From assembly GCA_033723415.1 (NCBI GenBank), contig JAWVXD010000002.1, positions 312,988-376,987 on the forward strand: a stretch of DNA of 64,000 bases, given 5' to 3'. This stretch comes from Sulfurospirillaceae bacterium (GTDB lineage: Bacteria; Campylobacterota; Campylobacteria; Campylobacterales; Sulfurospirillaceae). Position numbers and translations under genes: made by a program. Positions 10,171-19,323 of the stretch are shown piece by piece. Below the pieces are notes generated by a model. The model saw only the letters and a list, made by a program, of their open reading frames with translations. It was not told where the DNA came from and searched no databases. How positions within the stretch are numbered: the first letter of the stretch is position 1; every line of letters starts with the position of its first letter.

Positions 10171-10408
10171 TGATAAAGTCTAAAAGTGTTTTGACATTTG
10201 CAAATATCTTTTCATACTCTTTTGAATCTGTGATTTTCACGCCAAACTCTTTTTCCAATGTTAAAACAAGCTCTATAGAATCTACAGAATCCAGACCTAA
10301 ACCTTCATCTCCAAACAAAGCCATATCATCTTCTATGTCGCTTGGTTCAATATCTTCTAATTTTAAATTCTTTATCAAGATCTCTTTTAGCTGCCCACTA
10401 GTTATCAT
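10157..10408 (-). CDS. Acyl carrier protein
   Basis: Small acidic protein with GLGLDSVDSIEL phosphopantetheine-attachment motif. Confidence 0.93.
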   Translation of the reverse strand: MITSGQLKEILIKNLKLEDIEPSDIEDDMALFGDEGLGLDSVDSIELVLTLEKEFGVKITDSKEYEKIFANVKTLLDFINENK

Positions 10409-10629
10409 CAAAACCCTTATTTTAGATAATATTTATAAAGTGTTTCATTCTATCCAAACATATATTATAGATGATTTAAACTATTGTTCAAGTATATTTT
10501 CAAATAATTTTTGTATAACTTTAGATTTTATATTTAATATGCATAAAATTAGGTTGACAATATAAATTATTATTGGATGTTTCATGTTATAATTGATGAA
10601 TAAAACGATACTATTAATCGTTTTTCAAA

Positions 10630-11553
10630 TTGATGAGTGGGGAAAAGTTGATGATCAGTATTGAACAAATGAACTCTGTTTTAAAAACACTACCTGATCC
10701 TGCATTTATATTAACGCGTAATGGAAAATACGTAGCAGTATTTGGTGGCAGGGACACTCGTTATTATCATGATGGCAGCACACTTGTCGGATCACGTATT
10801 GCAGATATTATTAAAACAGAAAAAGCAAATTGGTTTCTTGAAAAAATTGATCAGGCTCTGCAATCAAAACAATTAATAATAGAAGAGTATGAGCTAAGCG
10901 GCAAAGATGTCATAGGTTTGCCGGATGAGGGTCCAAAAGATACAATTTGGTTCGAAGGACGTATTCAATCACTAGATTTTCTTGTCGAAGATGAAGAAGT
11001 TGTGTTATGGGTCGCTAGCAATATTTCACAAAGACATGAACAGGAAATCAAACTACGTGAACTAGGTGATACAGATCAACTAACAGGATTTTTCAATCGC
11101 AGGAGACTTGAGCGTGACTTAATTTCTCGTTATGAAACTTTTATGCGTTATGCTACTCCGACTTCTGTTTTGATCTTTGACTTGGACAACCTAAAACATA
11201 TAAACGATACTCTTGGTCATCATTCCGGGGATGATGCCATCCTAGCGGTGGTAAATACCTGTCGAATTCAGCTTAGAAGTACCGATACGGCATATCGCTT
11301 CGGTGGTGATGAGTTTATCATTGCCTTGCCCAATATTGATCTCAAACAGGCAGTCAAATTTGCTGATAGATTACGTGAATGCTTTAATCTTCAGAGAGAT
11401 CGACTATCCATAGATGGAATATTTGCAACCGTCAGCATCGGCGTGACAACAATGCTCCCAACGGATAAATCCTACGAAGATGCCCTAAAACGTGCAGACC
11501 ATGCTTTGTATGAAGCCAAATATAATGGTAAAAACAAAGTCGTCATAGCTTGA
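10630..11553 (+). CDS. PAS-domain diguanylate cyclase
   Basis: N-terminal PAS-like region (LPDPAFIL), DQLTGFFNRR, RSTD I-site, intact RFGGDEF. Start may be ATG 10651. Confidence 0.9.
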   Translation: MMSGEKLMISIEQMNSVLKTLPDPAFILTRNGKYVAVFGGRDTRYYHDGSTLVGSRIADIIKTEKANWFLEKIDQALQSKQLIIEEYELSGKDVIGLPDEGPKDTIWFEGRIQSLDFLVEDEEVVLWVASNISQRHEQEIKLRELGDTDQLTGFFNRRRLERDLISRYETFMRYATPTSVLIFDLDNLKHINDTLGHHSGDDAILAVVNTCRIQLRSTDTAYRFGGDEFIIALPNIDLKQAVKFADRLRECFNLQRDRLSIDGIFATVSIGVTTMLPTDKSYEDALKRADHALYEAKYNGKNKVVIA

Positions 11554-11583
11554 GATTCGGTAATCTTTATTAATTACGACTAA

Positions 11584-12180
11584 TCAAATCATTTTACTAT
11601 CTACTGCTTTCCATAAGTGTAAGGCTAAAAAACTTTTATAGGGCGAGGCTTGGTCGATGAGCTTTTGATCGATTTCGAGTAACTTGCTAGCTTTGTTCAA
11701 AGTCGCATCATGGTGAGACCAGGTGTCATGATCTTGAAAGAAAAAAAGGCAAATCATAGCGCTGCTCCACTCTCCAAAGCCATACAATGAATTGATATAA
11801 TCTTTCACTTCATCTATGTCATGTGAGTGAAGGGTTGAGAGATCGTTTGTTTCGTGTTCTTTCTTGAGTCGCAAAATCGCTTCGTATTTTCTATTGGATA
11901 GACCACATTTCAGTATCGCTTCTTTATTTTCGATTTTAACAAATTTTAAAAGATCATGATCTGAATGTTCAGCGAGTCTATTCCAAATCACTTCGGCTAC
12001 TTTGTTGGAGAGTTGCTGTTTTATGATGATTCTAGACATATAATCAAAGATTTTAAATTCACTTTTAGGGATACTCAATATCCCGTTTTGTTTTATGACA
12101 TCACTTAGTGGAATATGGTGCTTGGAAATCTTGACGAGATGATGAAAAGCTTTCTCTTCTACACTCAACATGCGTTTCAT
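11584..12180 (-). CDS. DNA-3-methyladenine glycosylase II-like protein (AlkA/HhH-GPD)
   Basis: IIKQQLS, CGLSNRK, HhH motif LYGFGEWSS, SPYKSFLALHLW. Start taken at the ATGA overlap at 12180. Confidence 0.8.
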   Translation of the reverse strand: MKRMLSVEEKAFHHLVKISKHHIPLSDVIKQNGILSIPKSEFKIFDYMSRIIIKQQLSNKVAEVIWNRLAEHSDHDLLKFVKIENKEAILKCGLSNRKYEAILRLKKEHETNDLSTLHSHDIDEVKDYINSLYGFGEWSSAMICLFFFQDHDTWSHHDATLNKASKLLEIDQKLIDQASPYKSFLALHLWKAVDSKMI

Positions 12181-12557
12181 CTCATGTGAATATTTGAGTA
12201 GATAAAAATAGCGGTACAAACAACTCCTGCGATCAGAAACACAACAGAAGCATAATGCACCAACTTCGCTACAGTGAGCGCTTTATTACTGTACTTTATA
12301 GGTACACAGTTTGTTTTTTTATTTGTAAAAAATGAACCAAAAGCAGTGATAATCGCCAAGAGAAGCATAAGCTGGGCAAGTTGTAAAAAAGATATCTCTT
12401 TTAGCTTATCAAGAGAGGCTATATAGAGGATAAAAACAAGAGATATGCCAAGCGTAAGAGTAGATAATGCAAGCACTACCTTATGATTGTTTTGTATCTT
12501 CGCTAGAGAGCACGATCTTGCCGTTATATCCAAATCATCATGATCTTGCTTGTTCAT
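12177..12557 (-). CDS. Hypothetical membrane protein (about 3 TM)
   Basis: 126-aa ORF with three hydrophobic segments, tightly packed between the methyltransferase and AlkA-like genes. Confidence 0.6.
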   Translation of the reverse strand: MNKQDHDDLDITARSCSLAKIQNNHKVVLALSTLTLGISLVFILYIASLDKLKEISFLQLAQLMLLLAIITAFGSFFTNKKTNCVPIKYSNKALTVAKLVHYASVVFLIAGVVCTAIFIYSNIHMR

Positions 12558-12563
12558 ACTTTT

Positions 12564-13175
12564 TTACTTTTCACCGGTTAGTAAAAATACACTGTATTCG
12601 CCATATGGTTTTTGGACGATACTGGCATCTTGGATCTTTAGATTTTTAAATCTCGCTTCTTTAGCAGCGTCCAAAAACATATCTCGCTCAAAACCAAAAT
12701 GAAATACTCCCGTATCTTCTTTGTGAAAGGTTCCATCTTCACTGTCCAAATCAGCAAGTGCGATCGTGCCGCCGATCTCTAACATGTCATGAAACTTTTC
12801 AAACAATGCTTTAATATCTTTGACATGGTGAATCGTCATAGAGGAGATGATACCGTCAAACTTACGTGCTAACGCATCTTTTGACAGATCAAGATGGCAT
12901 ATTTCTAATTCACAAGCGATGTTCTCCGCTTTAGAGCGCAATACCGTATTCATCGCTTCAGACATATCCACAGCCGTAATCTTTTTTACATGAGGTGCGA
13001 TATTTTCAAGTAATAAGCCGGTTCCTGAGCCAAAATCCATGAGATGATCTTCTCTTGAGTAACAAATCTCTTTTAAAATCGTATCTGCTATGTTGTTGAC
13101 ATTGCCTGTTCGTGCCACTTCCTTTTCATAATCTTTTGCTTTGTGTGCAAAATAGTCTTTTTGTTCAGTTGTCAT
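12564..13175 (-). CDS. Class I SAM-dependent methyltransferase
   Basis: MDFGSGTG motif I, AVDMS, SSMTIHH, IALADL. Confidence 0.88.
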   Translation of the reverse strand: MTTEQKDYFAHKAKDYEKEVARTGNVNNIADTILKEICYSREDHLMDFGSGTGLLLENIAPHVKKITAVDMSEAMNTVLRSKAENIACELEICHLDLSKDALARKFDGIISSMTIHHVKDIKALFEKFHDMLEIGGTIALADLDSEDGTFHKEDTGVFHFGFERDMFLDAAKEARFKNLKIQDASIVQKPYGEYSVFLLTGEK

Positions 13176-13180
13176 CGTTT

Positions 13181-14011
13181 CTACTTTGAATTTTCTAAAT
13201 TATAAAAATAATTCGTCGCTTCGACAAAGCCATCGACACTACCGCAGTCAAATCGTTTGCCTTTGAATTTATATGCGATGACCATGCCTTTTTTGGCTTG
13301 CTCACAGAGGGCATCAGTGATTTGTATCTCGCCGTTTTTACCTGGTTTTACATTTTTTAAAACATCAAATATATCAGGCGTTAAAATATAGCGGCCGATG
13401 ACCGCAAGATTTGAAGGAGCTTTTTCGATCTCTGGTTTTTCAACCATATTTGAGACCATAAAAACATCATCTTCTATAGTGCTCCCCTCGATAACCCCAT
13501 ATTTGTAAACCTCATCGGTTGGCACTTCCATGATAGCGACGATACAGCATTTGTACTTATTGTAAAGCTTGACCATTTGCTTCAAAACACCATCACCTTC
13601 TGGGTTGATGCAAAGATCATCTGCCAATATTACGGCAAATGGGTCTTTCTCTCCCATAAGAACTTTACCTTTATAAATAGCATCTCCTAATCCTTTCATC
13701 TCATTTTGTCTCGTGTAAGTAAAGGTACATTTTTCGATTATTTCACGAATCCCATCTAGTAGCTCTTCTTTTGATGAGCCCTTTATTTGGTGCTCTAACT
13801 CATATGAAACATCGAAGTGATCCGTGATGGCTCGTTTGCCTCGACCCGTGATAATAGACATGATATCGCATCCTGCATCCATGGCTTCTTCAACTCCGTA
13901 TTGGATCAAAGGTTTTGTCAGTATCGGAAGCATCTCTTTTGGCATGGCTTTTGTAGCCGGTAAAAATCTTGTACCGTATCCGGCTGCTGGAAATAAACAT
14001 CTATTTATCAT
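13181..14011 (-). CDS. galU: UTP--glucose-1-phosphate uridylyltransferase
   Basis: PAAGYGTRFLPATKAMPKEMLP, VEKP, GEIQITDA, RFDCG. Confidence 0.96.
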   Translation of the reverse strand: MINRCLFPAAGYGTRFLPATKAMPKEMLPILTKPLIQYGVEEAMDAGCDIMSIITGRGKRAITDHFDVSYELEHQIKGSSKEELLDGIREIIEKCTFTYTRQNEMKGLGDAIYKGKVLMGEKDPFAVILADDLCINPEGDGVLKQMVKLYNKYKCCIVAIMEVPTDEVYKYGVIEGSTIEDDVFMVSNMVEKPEIEKAPSNLAVIGRYILTPDIFDVLKNVKPGKNGEIQITDALCEQAKKGMVIAYKFKGKRFDCGSVDGFVEATNYFYNLENSK

Positions 14012-14044
14012 CAAGTCTCCTTTTGCTTTAACGTAATTATATAT

Positions 14045-15769
14045 TTAATTTGACAAATTTTGCTTTAACCACATCATTTGATAAGGCTCAAGCACAACTT
14101 TCTTGCTTTCATCCACTTTGAAAGAAGATAGAAGATCACATAGATCATACGATATTTCATCAGGGATAAGACACTCTACTACCTCATTAGAAAAATTATG
14201 TATCGCCAAAACCATTTCTTTATCATCCAAACTAAATAGCTGTGCCGCAAAAATCTTATCTCCAAGATTATGGAAATAAAATTTTCCAAATGGATTAAAT
14301 GCTTCCTCATTGGTTCGAATAGAGATAAGTCGTTTGTAACTATCAAGTATCGTCTTTGGAAAACTTCCTTGTTTTTTAAGCTCATCCTCAAGCCAGTCAT
14401 AGTGATATTTTTCTCTATTGATAGAGCGATTTTTACCTGTATGTTTTACTCCGTCTAAATAATTTCTAGAGCCTACTAGAGAATGAAAATAAATACCAGG
14501 AACTCCGGGCATAATAAGTGCCGTTCCTTGAGATAGGAGCATTTTTTTAATCAGTATCAAATCACTGTCATCTGGATGACAGAGAGCATCTATATAGCTG
14601 CAATTTAACTCATATGGACTTTGTGTTCCATCTTCTTCGGCACGAAAAGACACCAACCCTTTACAATCTTGCACCCGTTGTACAAGAAAGTCTATATCTT
14701 CATCACTCAATATCCCTTTTACAGGTCGAAGTCCTATTCCGTCATGAGAAGCGGTAAAATTAAAAAAACATACTTTTGGACAAGGCAGGCTTAATGACTG
14801 AGCCCAAGACGTCAAAATCTTTGTGTTTGATTTTAAAATAGAGTAGACAAGCAGAGGAGGCAAAGCAAAGTTATAAACCATCTGAGCCTCATCATTTTTG
14901 GAGCCGAAATAAGAGATATTTTCCTTATGCGGAACATTTGTCTCGGTGATAATGATGATCTCAGGAGCCACCTCATGGATCACCTCTCTTATGAGTTGTA
15001 CTAATTCATGAGTTTGTGGAAGATGAACGCATTCTGTACCTATCTCCTTCCATATAAATGCTATAGCATCAAGCCTAATCAGTACTGCCCCTCTCTCAAT
15101 ATAATAGAACAAGGCATCAAGTACGATTCTTAACACTCTATAGTTCTTATAATTCAAATCAACTTGATCTTTGCTAAAAGTTGTCCAAATGTTGTGGATT
15201 TTCCCATCATTGTCAACAAACTCACTTATCAGAGGTGAAGTACGAGGGCGCACGACTTTGCTCAAATCAACGGTAGGATCAACCTCAATAAAAAAATCTT
15301 TAAAATAAGTATCTCCGGATAAGAAAGCTTTGAACCAATCTGAAAACTGAGAGACATGATTGATCACACCGTCTACCATGAGTCTGTACTTGGAGCTTAT
15401 ACTATATATCTCTCTCCAAGAACCCATATGAGGATCTACAGAACTATAATTGACCACAGAAAACCCATCATCTGAAGACGATGGATAAAACGGTAAGATA
15501 TGGATAGAGTTGACAACTCCGTCTAAATGTTTGTCCATAAATTTTTTTAATGTTTCCAGCGATGCTTCTTGATCTCTTACAACCTGATCACCGTATGTGA
15601 TAAGCACAACATCTTTTTCACTTAGATGATAAGGTTTAGAAACTATTCTCTCTTTGTATTTAAAAACAAGATCAATAATAGAATCCAGGGCTCTCTCGGC
15701 AATTTCCGGTGGATAGAGTTGATGAATACGTTTATTTATACTATGATCTGGATCAGAAATGTGTTTCAT
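14045..15769 (-). CDS. GH13_18 sugar phosphorylase, probably glucosylglycerate phosphorylase
   Basis: LITYGD, HILPFYP, RLDA nucleophile, ITETNVP acid/base, SHDG, YELN loop; ETN and YExN match the glucosylglycerate-specific clade. Confidence 0.82.
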   Translation of the reverse strand: MKHISDPDHSINKRIHQLYPPEIAERALDSIIDLVFKYKERIVSKPYHLSEKDVVLITYGDQVVRDQEASLETLKKFMDKHLDGVVNSIHILPFYPSSSDDGFSVVNYSSVDPHMGSWREIYSISSKYRLMVDGVINHVSQFSDWFKAFLSGDTYFKDFFIEVDPTVDLSKVVRPRTSPLISEFVDNDGKIHNIWTTFSKDQVDLNYKNYRVLRIVLDALFYYIERGAVLIRLDAIAFIWKEIGTECVHLPQTHELVQLIREVIHEVAPEIIIITETNVPHKENISYFGSKNDEAQMVYNFALPPLLVYSILKSNTKILTSWAQSLSLPCPKVCFFNFTASHDGIGLRPVKGILSDEDIDFLVQRVQDCKGLVSFRAEEDGTQSPYELNCSYIDALCHPDDSDLILIKKMLLSQGTALIMPGVPGIYFHSLVGSRNYLDGVKHTGKNRSINREKYHYDWLEDELKKQGSFPKTILDSYKRLISIRTNEEAFNPFGKFYFHNLGDKIFAAQLFSLDDKEMVLAIHNFSNEVVECLIPDEISYDLCDLLSSFKVDESKKVVLEPYQMMWLKQNLSN

Positions 15770-16977
15770 GAATTATCCTCTTCTACATATTTAGCAAACT
15801 TATCAGCAAAATCAGGCAATACCGAACGAACAGTGATCCAAGGCGATAGCAAAGGAGCGCCCATAGGATCTCTATAAAAATCAATAGCAGCTTCTTTGAT
15901 AGCTTCTTCAAACATATTTACTGCATTTATCTCTTTTTCACGATTATAATCTATAGAATTTAATTTGCTAAGAGCATTAAATTTTGAGATCTCAAAACGA
16001 GATTCTTGATAATATGTTGCCTGAAGCGTTTTAAATGCGGACTCTGAAAATACGACACCTTGCTGAGCCATAACACGGAAAATAGTTTTTGATATATCAA
16101 CAGCCATTTTGTATATACCCTCTCCCGTGTTTCTTGAACCTAGACTCTGATGCTTGTGCTCATAACTCTCTATTATCTCAGTTTGACAGATACGACGGGT
16201 CGATGTACTTTTATATACTTCACTGAGAGTCGAAACTTCCAATCCCCAGGTGGGAGATATTGCAATACCTCTGCCCAAAGATCTGATAAAGGCAAATTCA
16301 CCCGAAAGAGAGTAACGAAAACTATCCATATACTCTAAATATTTGCTATTTCCGTAAATTTTTCGTAAAGAGTGAATAAGCGGAGTATAAAGCAATCTGG
16401 TAACTCTACCGTGTAGCTTATTGGTTGATCTAGAATAATATCCTTTATTAAACTCAAAATCTAATGCTGGGTGGATGATGGGGAATAAAAGCTTAGCAGG
16501 AATTTCACGGTTATAATTTACAATATCACAATCATGCATGGCAAAAGCATAAGTATCTTCCAACGTCAGACCGTAGCCGATCATCGTCCAAACATTTCTA
16601 CCTTTACCGGGAGTATCTAGACCTGGGAATCCCTCTCTTGTCAACTCACTATAAAGTTCTTTTATTCTAGGCCCGTCATTCCAAAGTACATCAACATCAC
16701 AGGGGAGGGCAGACATGATCTCTTTGACTTCTTCAAACTGACTTTTATTGGCACAATCCAGTCCCAATATTATCTTATGAAGGTATTTTACATGTTTTAA
16801 CTCTTCTATTATCTTTTTCATAGCAGGGGTTTCAAATTCAGAATATAAAGAAGGAAGAAGCAAAACCATATTATGTCGTCTCGAGTATGTCAAAAGCTCA
16901 TTTTCTAAATCCTCGATGGATCGTTCTCCTAGCTTTTGAAGGGTTGTAATAACTCCATTTTGAAAAAAATCAGACAT
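15766..16977 (-). CDS. gpgS: Glucosyl-3-phosphoglycerate synthase-like glycosyltransferase
   Basis: MSDFFQNG.ITTL start, GKGRNVW, HDCD, KGYYSR, GRVTRL, WGLEV, YEHKHQ; flanked by an MPG/GPG phosphatase gene. Confidence 0.8.
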   Translation of the reverse strand: MSDFFQNGVITTLQKLGERSIEDLENELLTYSRRHNMVLLLPSLYSEFETPAMKKIIEELKHVKYLHKIILGLDCANKSQFEEVKEIMSALPCDVDVLWNDGPRIKELYSELTREGFPGLDTPGKGRNVWTMIGYGLTLEDTYAFAMHDCDIVNYNREIPAKLLFPIIHPALDFEFNKGYYSRSTNKLHGRVTRLLYTPLIHSLRKIYGNSKYLEYMDSFRYSLSGEFAFIRSLGRGIAISPTWGLEVSTLSEVYKSTSTRRICQTEIIESYEHKHQSLGSRNTGEGIYKMAVDISKTIFRVMAQQGVVFSESAFKTLQATYYQESRFEISKFNALSKLNSIDYNREKEINAVNMFEEAIKEAAIDFYRDPMGAPLLSPWITVRSVLPDFADKFAKYVEEDNS

Positions 16978-17043
16978 TTGTTTCTCCTTATTTTAAATTT
17001 GACTCAATTATCAGTTTTCTGTCTAAACTCCTATCTAACTTGA

Positions 17044-17856
17044 CTAAGCGTATTTTTCAACCAAATTTTGATTATTATCAAAGTACTCTTTCAATGCCAT
17101 ACTCCATCCCTCAGGACCTGGTTTTGGAGCGCGGATCAGATTTTTAATATCACATGACATATAACTTCCATCGGGATGAGGTATCAAAATAGGAACATCC
17201 ACACATCCTAGCATACTAAAATCATTTTGGCTATCTCCAAGAGCAATAGAGGTAAATCTTTTTTTGTAGACCTCTTCATAATAACTCTTGACTACTTCTA
17301 GTGCTTTTGCTTTATCCTGCCCTTTGGTTATAAGATGAAAGAACCTTCCGCCTTCAACGATATCCAAACCGTCTTTTTCTGCCATATCCTTTAATTCATA
17401 TATATCATTTTTGTCTTTCAAAATAAAAGGCTCCGTAAAAAGCCTATCTTTCGCTTTGCCTGCTTTTATTACATCCAAGCCGGTTAATTTGGCTACTTCT
17501 TTGGCGGACAAATCTGAAAATCCTACCATATGTATAGTCTTTTTATACCTTTCAAATGCTTCTTGTATATGTTTTATGTTAAATCCCAGAGAGAGTGTTT
17601 TATGAACGTCATCATCCGAAATATAAACGCCTGCTCCATTTTCAAATATAAAAGTACTGTCTATCTTAAGTGATTTTTGAAGTTGTAAAATCTCGTTTTT
17701 AGTTTTACTGCTAACTATAACAAGCGGTATTTTGTTAGTTTTTATAAAATCTAACATTTCTTTAGCTTTAGCAAAACTGTAAGTGTTATGATCCAAAAGC
17801 GTACCATCAAGATCTGTAAAAATTATAGTGTCAATATTATCCTTATTTGTTTTCAT
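17044..17856 (-). CDS. Glucosyl/mannosyl-3-phosphoglycerate phosphatase (HAD IIB)
   Basis: FTDLDGTLLD, SSKT, ENGAG, GGRFFH, LGDSQND, GPEGW. Confidence 0.88.
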   Translation of the reverse strand: MKTNKDNIDTIIFTDLDGTLLDHNTYSFAKAKEMLDFIKTNKIPLVIVSSKTKNEILQLQKSLKIDSTFIFENGAGVYISDDDVHKTLSLGFNIKHIQEAFERYKKTIHMVGFSDLSAKEVAKLTGLDVIKAGKAKDRLFTEPFILKDKNDIYELKDMAEKDGLDIVEGGRFFHLITKGQDKAKALEVVKSYYEEVYKKRFTSIALGDSQNDFSMLGCVDVPILIPHPDGSYMSCDIKNLIRAPKPGPEGWSMALKEYFDNNQNLVEKYA

Positions 17857-17994
17857 GATTATATTATATTCAATTATCTGTATATTACCAATAATTTTGT
17901 GTTTAAATTATCAACATCTTAAAAGTAGTTTGTATTTACATAAAATTGTTTCTTTTGTGTTACAATGTATAAAATCCAAAACAAGGAGTAAAAG

Positions 17995-18420
17995 ATGGAA
18001 AGAAGAGCAGCTTTAAAAACAGCCGCAGTATTGGCAATTGCAGCAACATATGCATCTGCATATGATAACAGTAAAATTGTTAATAAAATGAAAATGAAAA
18101 TGAAAGATCCAGCTAATCCTACAGGTTTCGAGCTAACGCACACTCCACAGATAACATTATCGGCACTTGATCCAAAAGGATACATCACCGTCGAAGTCAC
18201 TGTCGGTGAAAAAGGTGATATTCATCCAAGTACGATGGATCACTGGATTTATAAATTGGAATTATTTGCCGATGGCAACAAAGTCGGTTCTGTTGATCTG
18301 GAACCCGTGACTTCAAGAGGATATTTAGGAGCAAAAGTCAAATACGCAGGACTTAAAGAACTACGCGCCCTAAGCTACTGCAATTTGCATGGTATATGGG
18401 AAAACACTCTTAAAGTATAA
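17995..18420 (+). CDS. Superoxide-reductase/desulfoferrodoxin-like protein with twin-arginine signal
   Basis: MERRAALK Tat-like leader ending ASA; iron ligands HTP, HPSTMDHWI, CNLHG. Confidence 0.85.
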   Translation: MERRAALKTAAVLAIAATYASAYDNSKIVNKMKMKMKDPANPTGFELTHTPQITLSALDPKGYITVEVTVGEKGDIHPSTMDHWIYKLELFADGNKVGSVDLEPVTSRGYLGAKVKYAGLKELRALSYCNLHGIWENTLKV

Positions 18421-18427
18421 TTTTAAC

Positions 18428-18451
18428 GGCTTAGAGAGATTTCTCTAAGCC
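18428..18451. terminator. Hairpin between convergent genes
   Basis: GGCTTAGAGA-GATT-TCTCTAAGCC, perfect 10-bp stem. Confidence 0.7.
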
Positions 18452-18460
18452 ACTTCTCTT

Positions 18461-19228
18461 TTATACGTAATAATCCGAATCTTTTTTATCTGAGACAAAC
18501 ATATGTCCCGGGGCATGCGTGATCGCAAAAGGAAGTTTTACTTCTTTTAGAACATTTTGAGGTGTCACACCGCATGGCCAAAATAACGGGATCTCATCTT
18601 CATTGATAGCAACTGCATCTCCATAATCAGGGTGATTAATATCTTTGATACCGATCATCTCAGGATATCCTACTTGGATCGGAGTGCCATGCATATTGGG
18701 GTAGTGACTTGTAACCACACAAGCATCTGCTACTTGTTCTTTTTTTACGGGTCTCATAGAAACGACCATATCTCCTCTGAACATATCCACAGGTTTTAGT
18801 TTGATGCTAGTACTATACATAGGAACATTGACATCCATATCTACATGACGCAGCGGAATATTGTTTTTAAGCAGTGACGTTTCAAAAGTAAAACTACAAC
18901 CTATAAGGAAAAATACCAAATCAGGCGTATAATAATCTTCTATACTTTTTACAGTTTTTGTCACAACGCCGTTTTCTACGATATTATAAAGAGGAAGTTC
19001 ATTTAACAAATTTGCACCCGGTGCCAATGTTTTGGATTTATATGAATCTCTTATAACTTCAAGTACAGGCATCGCTTTTGAGTTCTCTCTCGCGAACTTT
19101 TCAAAAGAGTCTGCATACTCTTTTGGGATCACGAACATATTTGCCTGTACATATCCCTCACAATACCCCGCCGTCGGTTTTGCGAACTCTCCGCTTGCTA
19201 TCTTTTTTCTAAATTCTTTTGCTTCCAT
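18461..19228 (-). CDS. Putative hydro-lyase, DUF1445/YcsI (D-glutamate cyclase N-terminal domain)
   Basis: TAGYCEGYVQAN, FLIGCSFTFE, NVPMY, MVVSMRP, HGTP, FWPCGVTPQ, THAPGHMFVSD. Confidence 0.88.
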   Translation of the reverse strand: MEAKEFRKKIASGEFAKPTAGYCEGYVQANMFVIPKEYADSFEKFARENSKAMPVLEVIRDSYKSKTLAPGANLLNELPLYNIVENGVVTKTVKSIEDYYTPDLVFFLIGCSFTFETSLLKNNIPLRHVDMDVNVPMYSTSIKLKPVDMFRGDMVVSMRPVKKEQVADACVVTSHYPNMHGTPIQVGYPEMIGIKDINHPDYGDAVAINEDEIPLFWPCGVTPQNVLKEVKLPFAITHAPGHMFVSDKKDSDYYV

Positions 19229-19323
19229 ATATATGCCTTATTGTGTTGCAATTTGTAAAAAATTATTACATTAATTAGATTAGGAAGTCCTAAAATTAAG
19301 TTTATTAATTATAAAATTTCCAA

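Noticed and set aside
10053..10565. 170-aa plus-strand ORF
   Set aside because: Antisense to the ACP and KS genes, Ser/Phe-rich shadow composition, no SD or motif.
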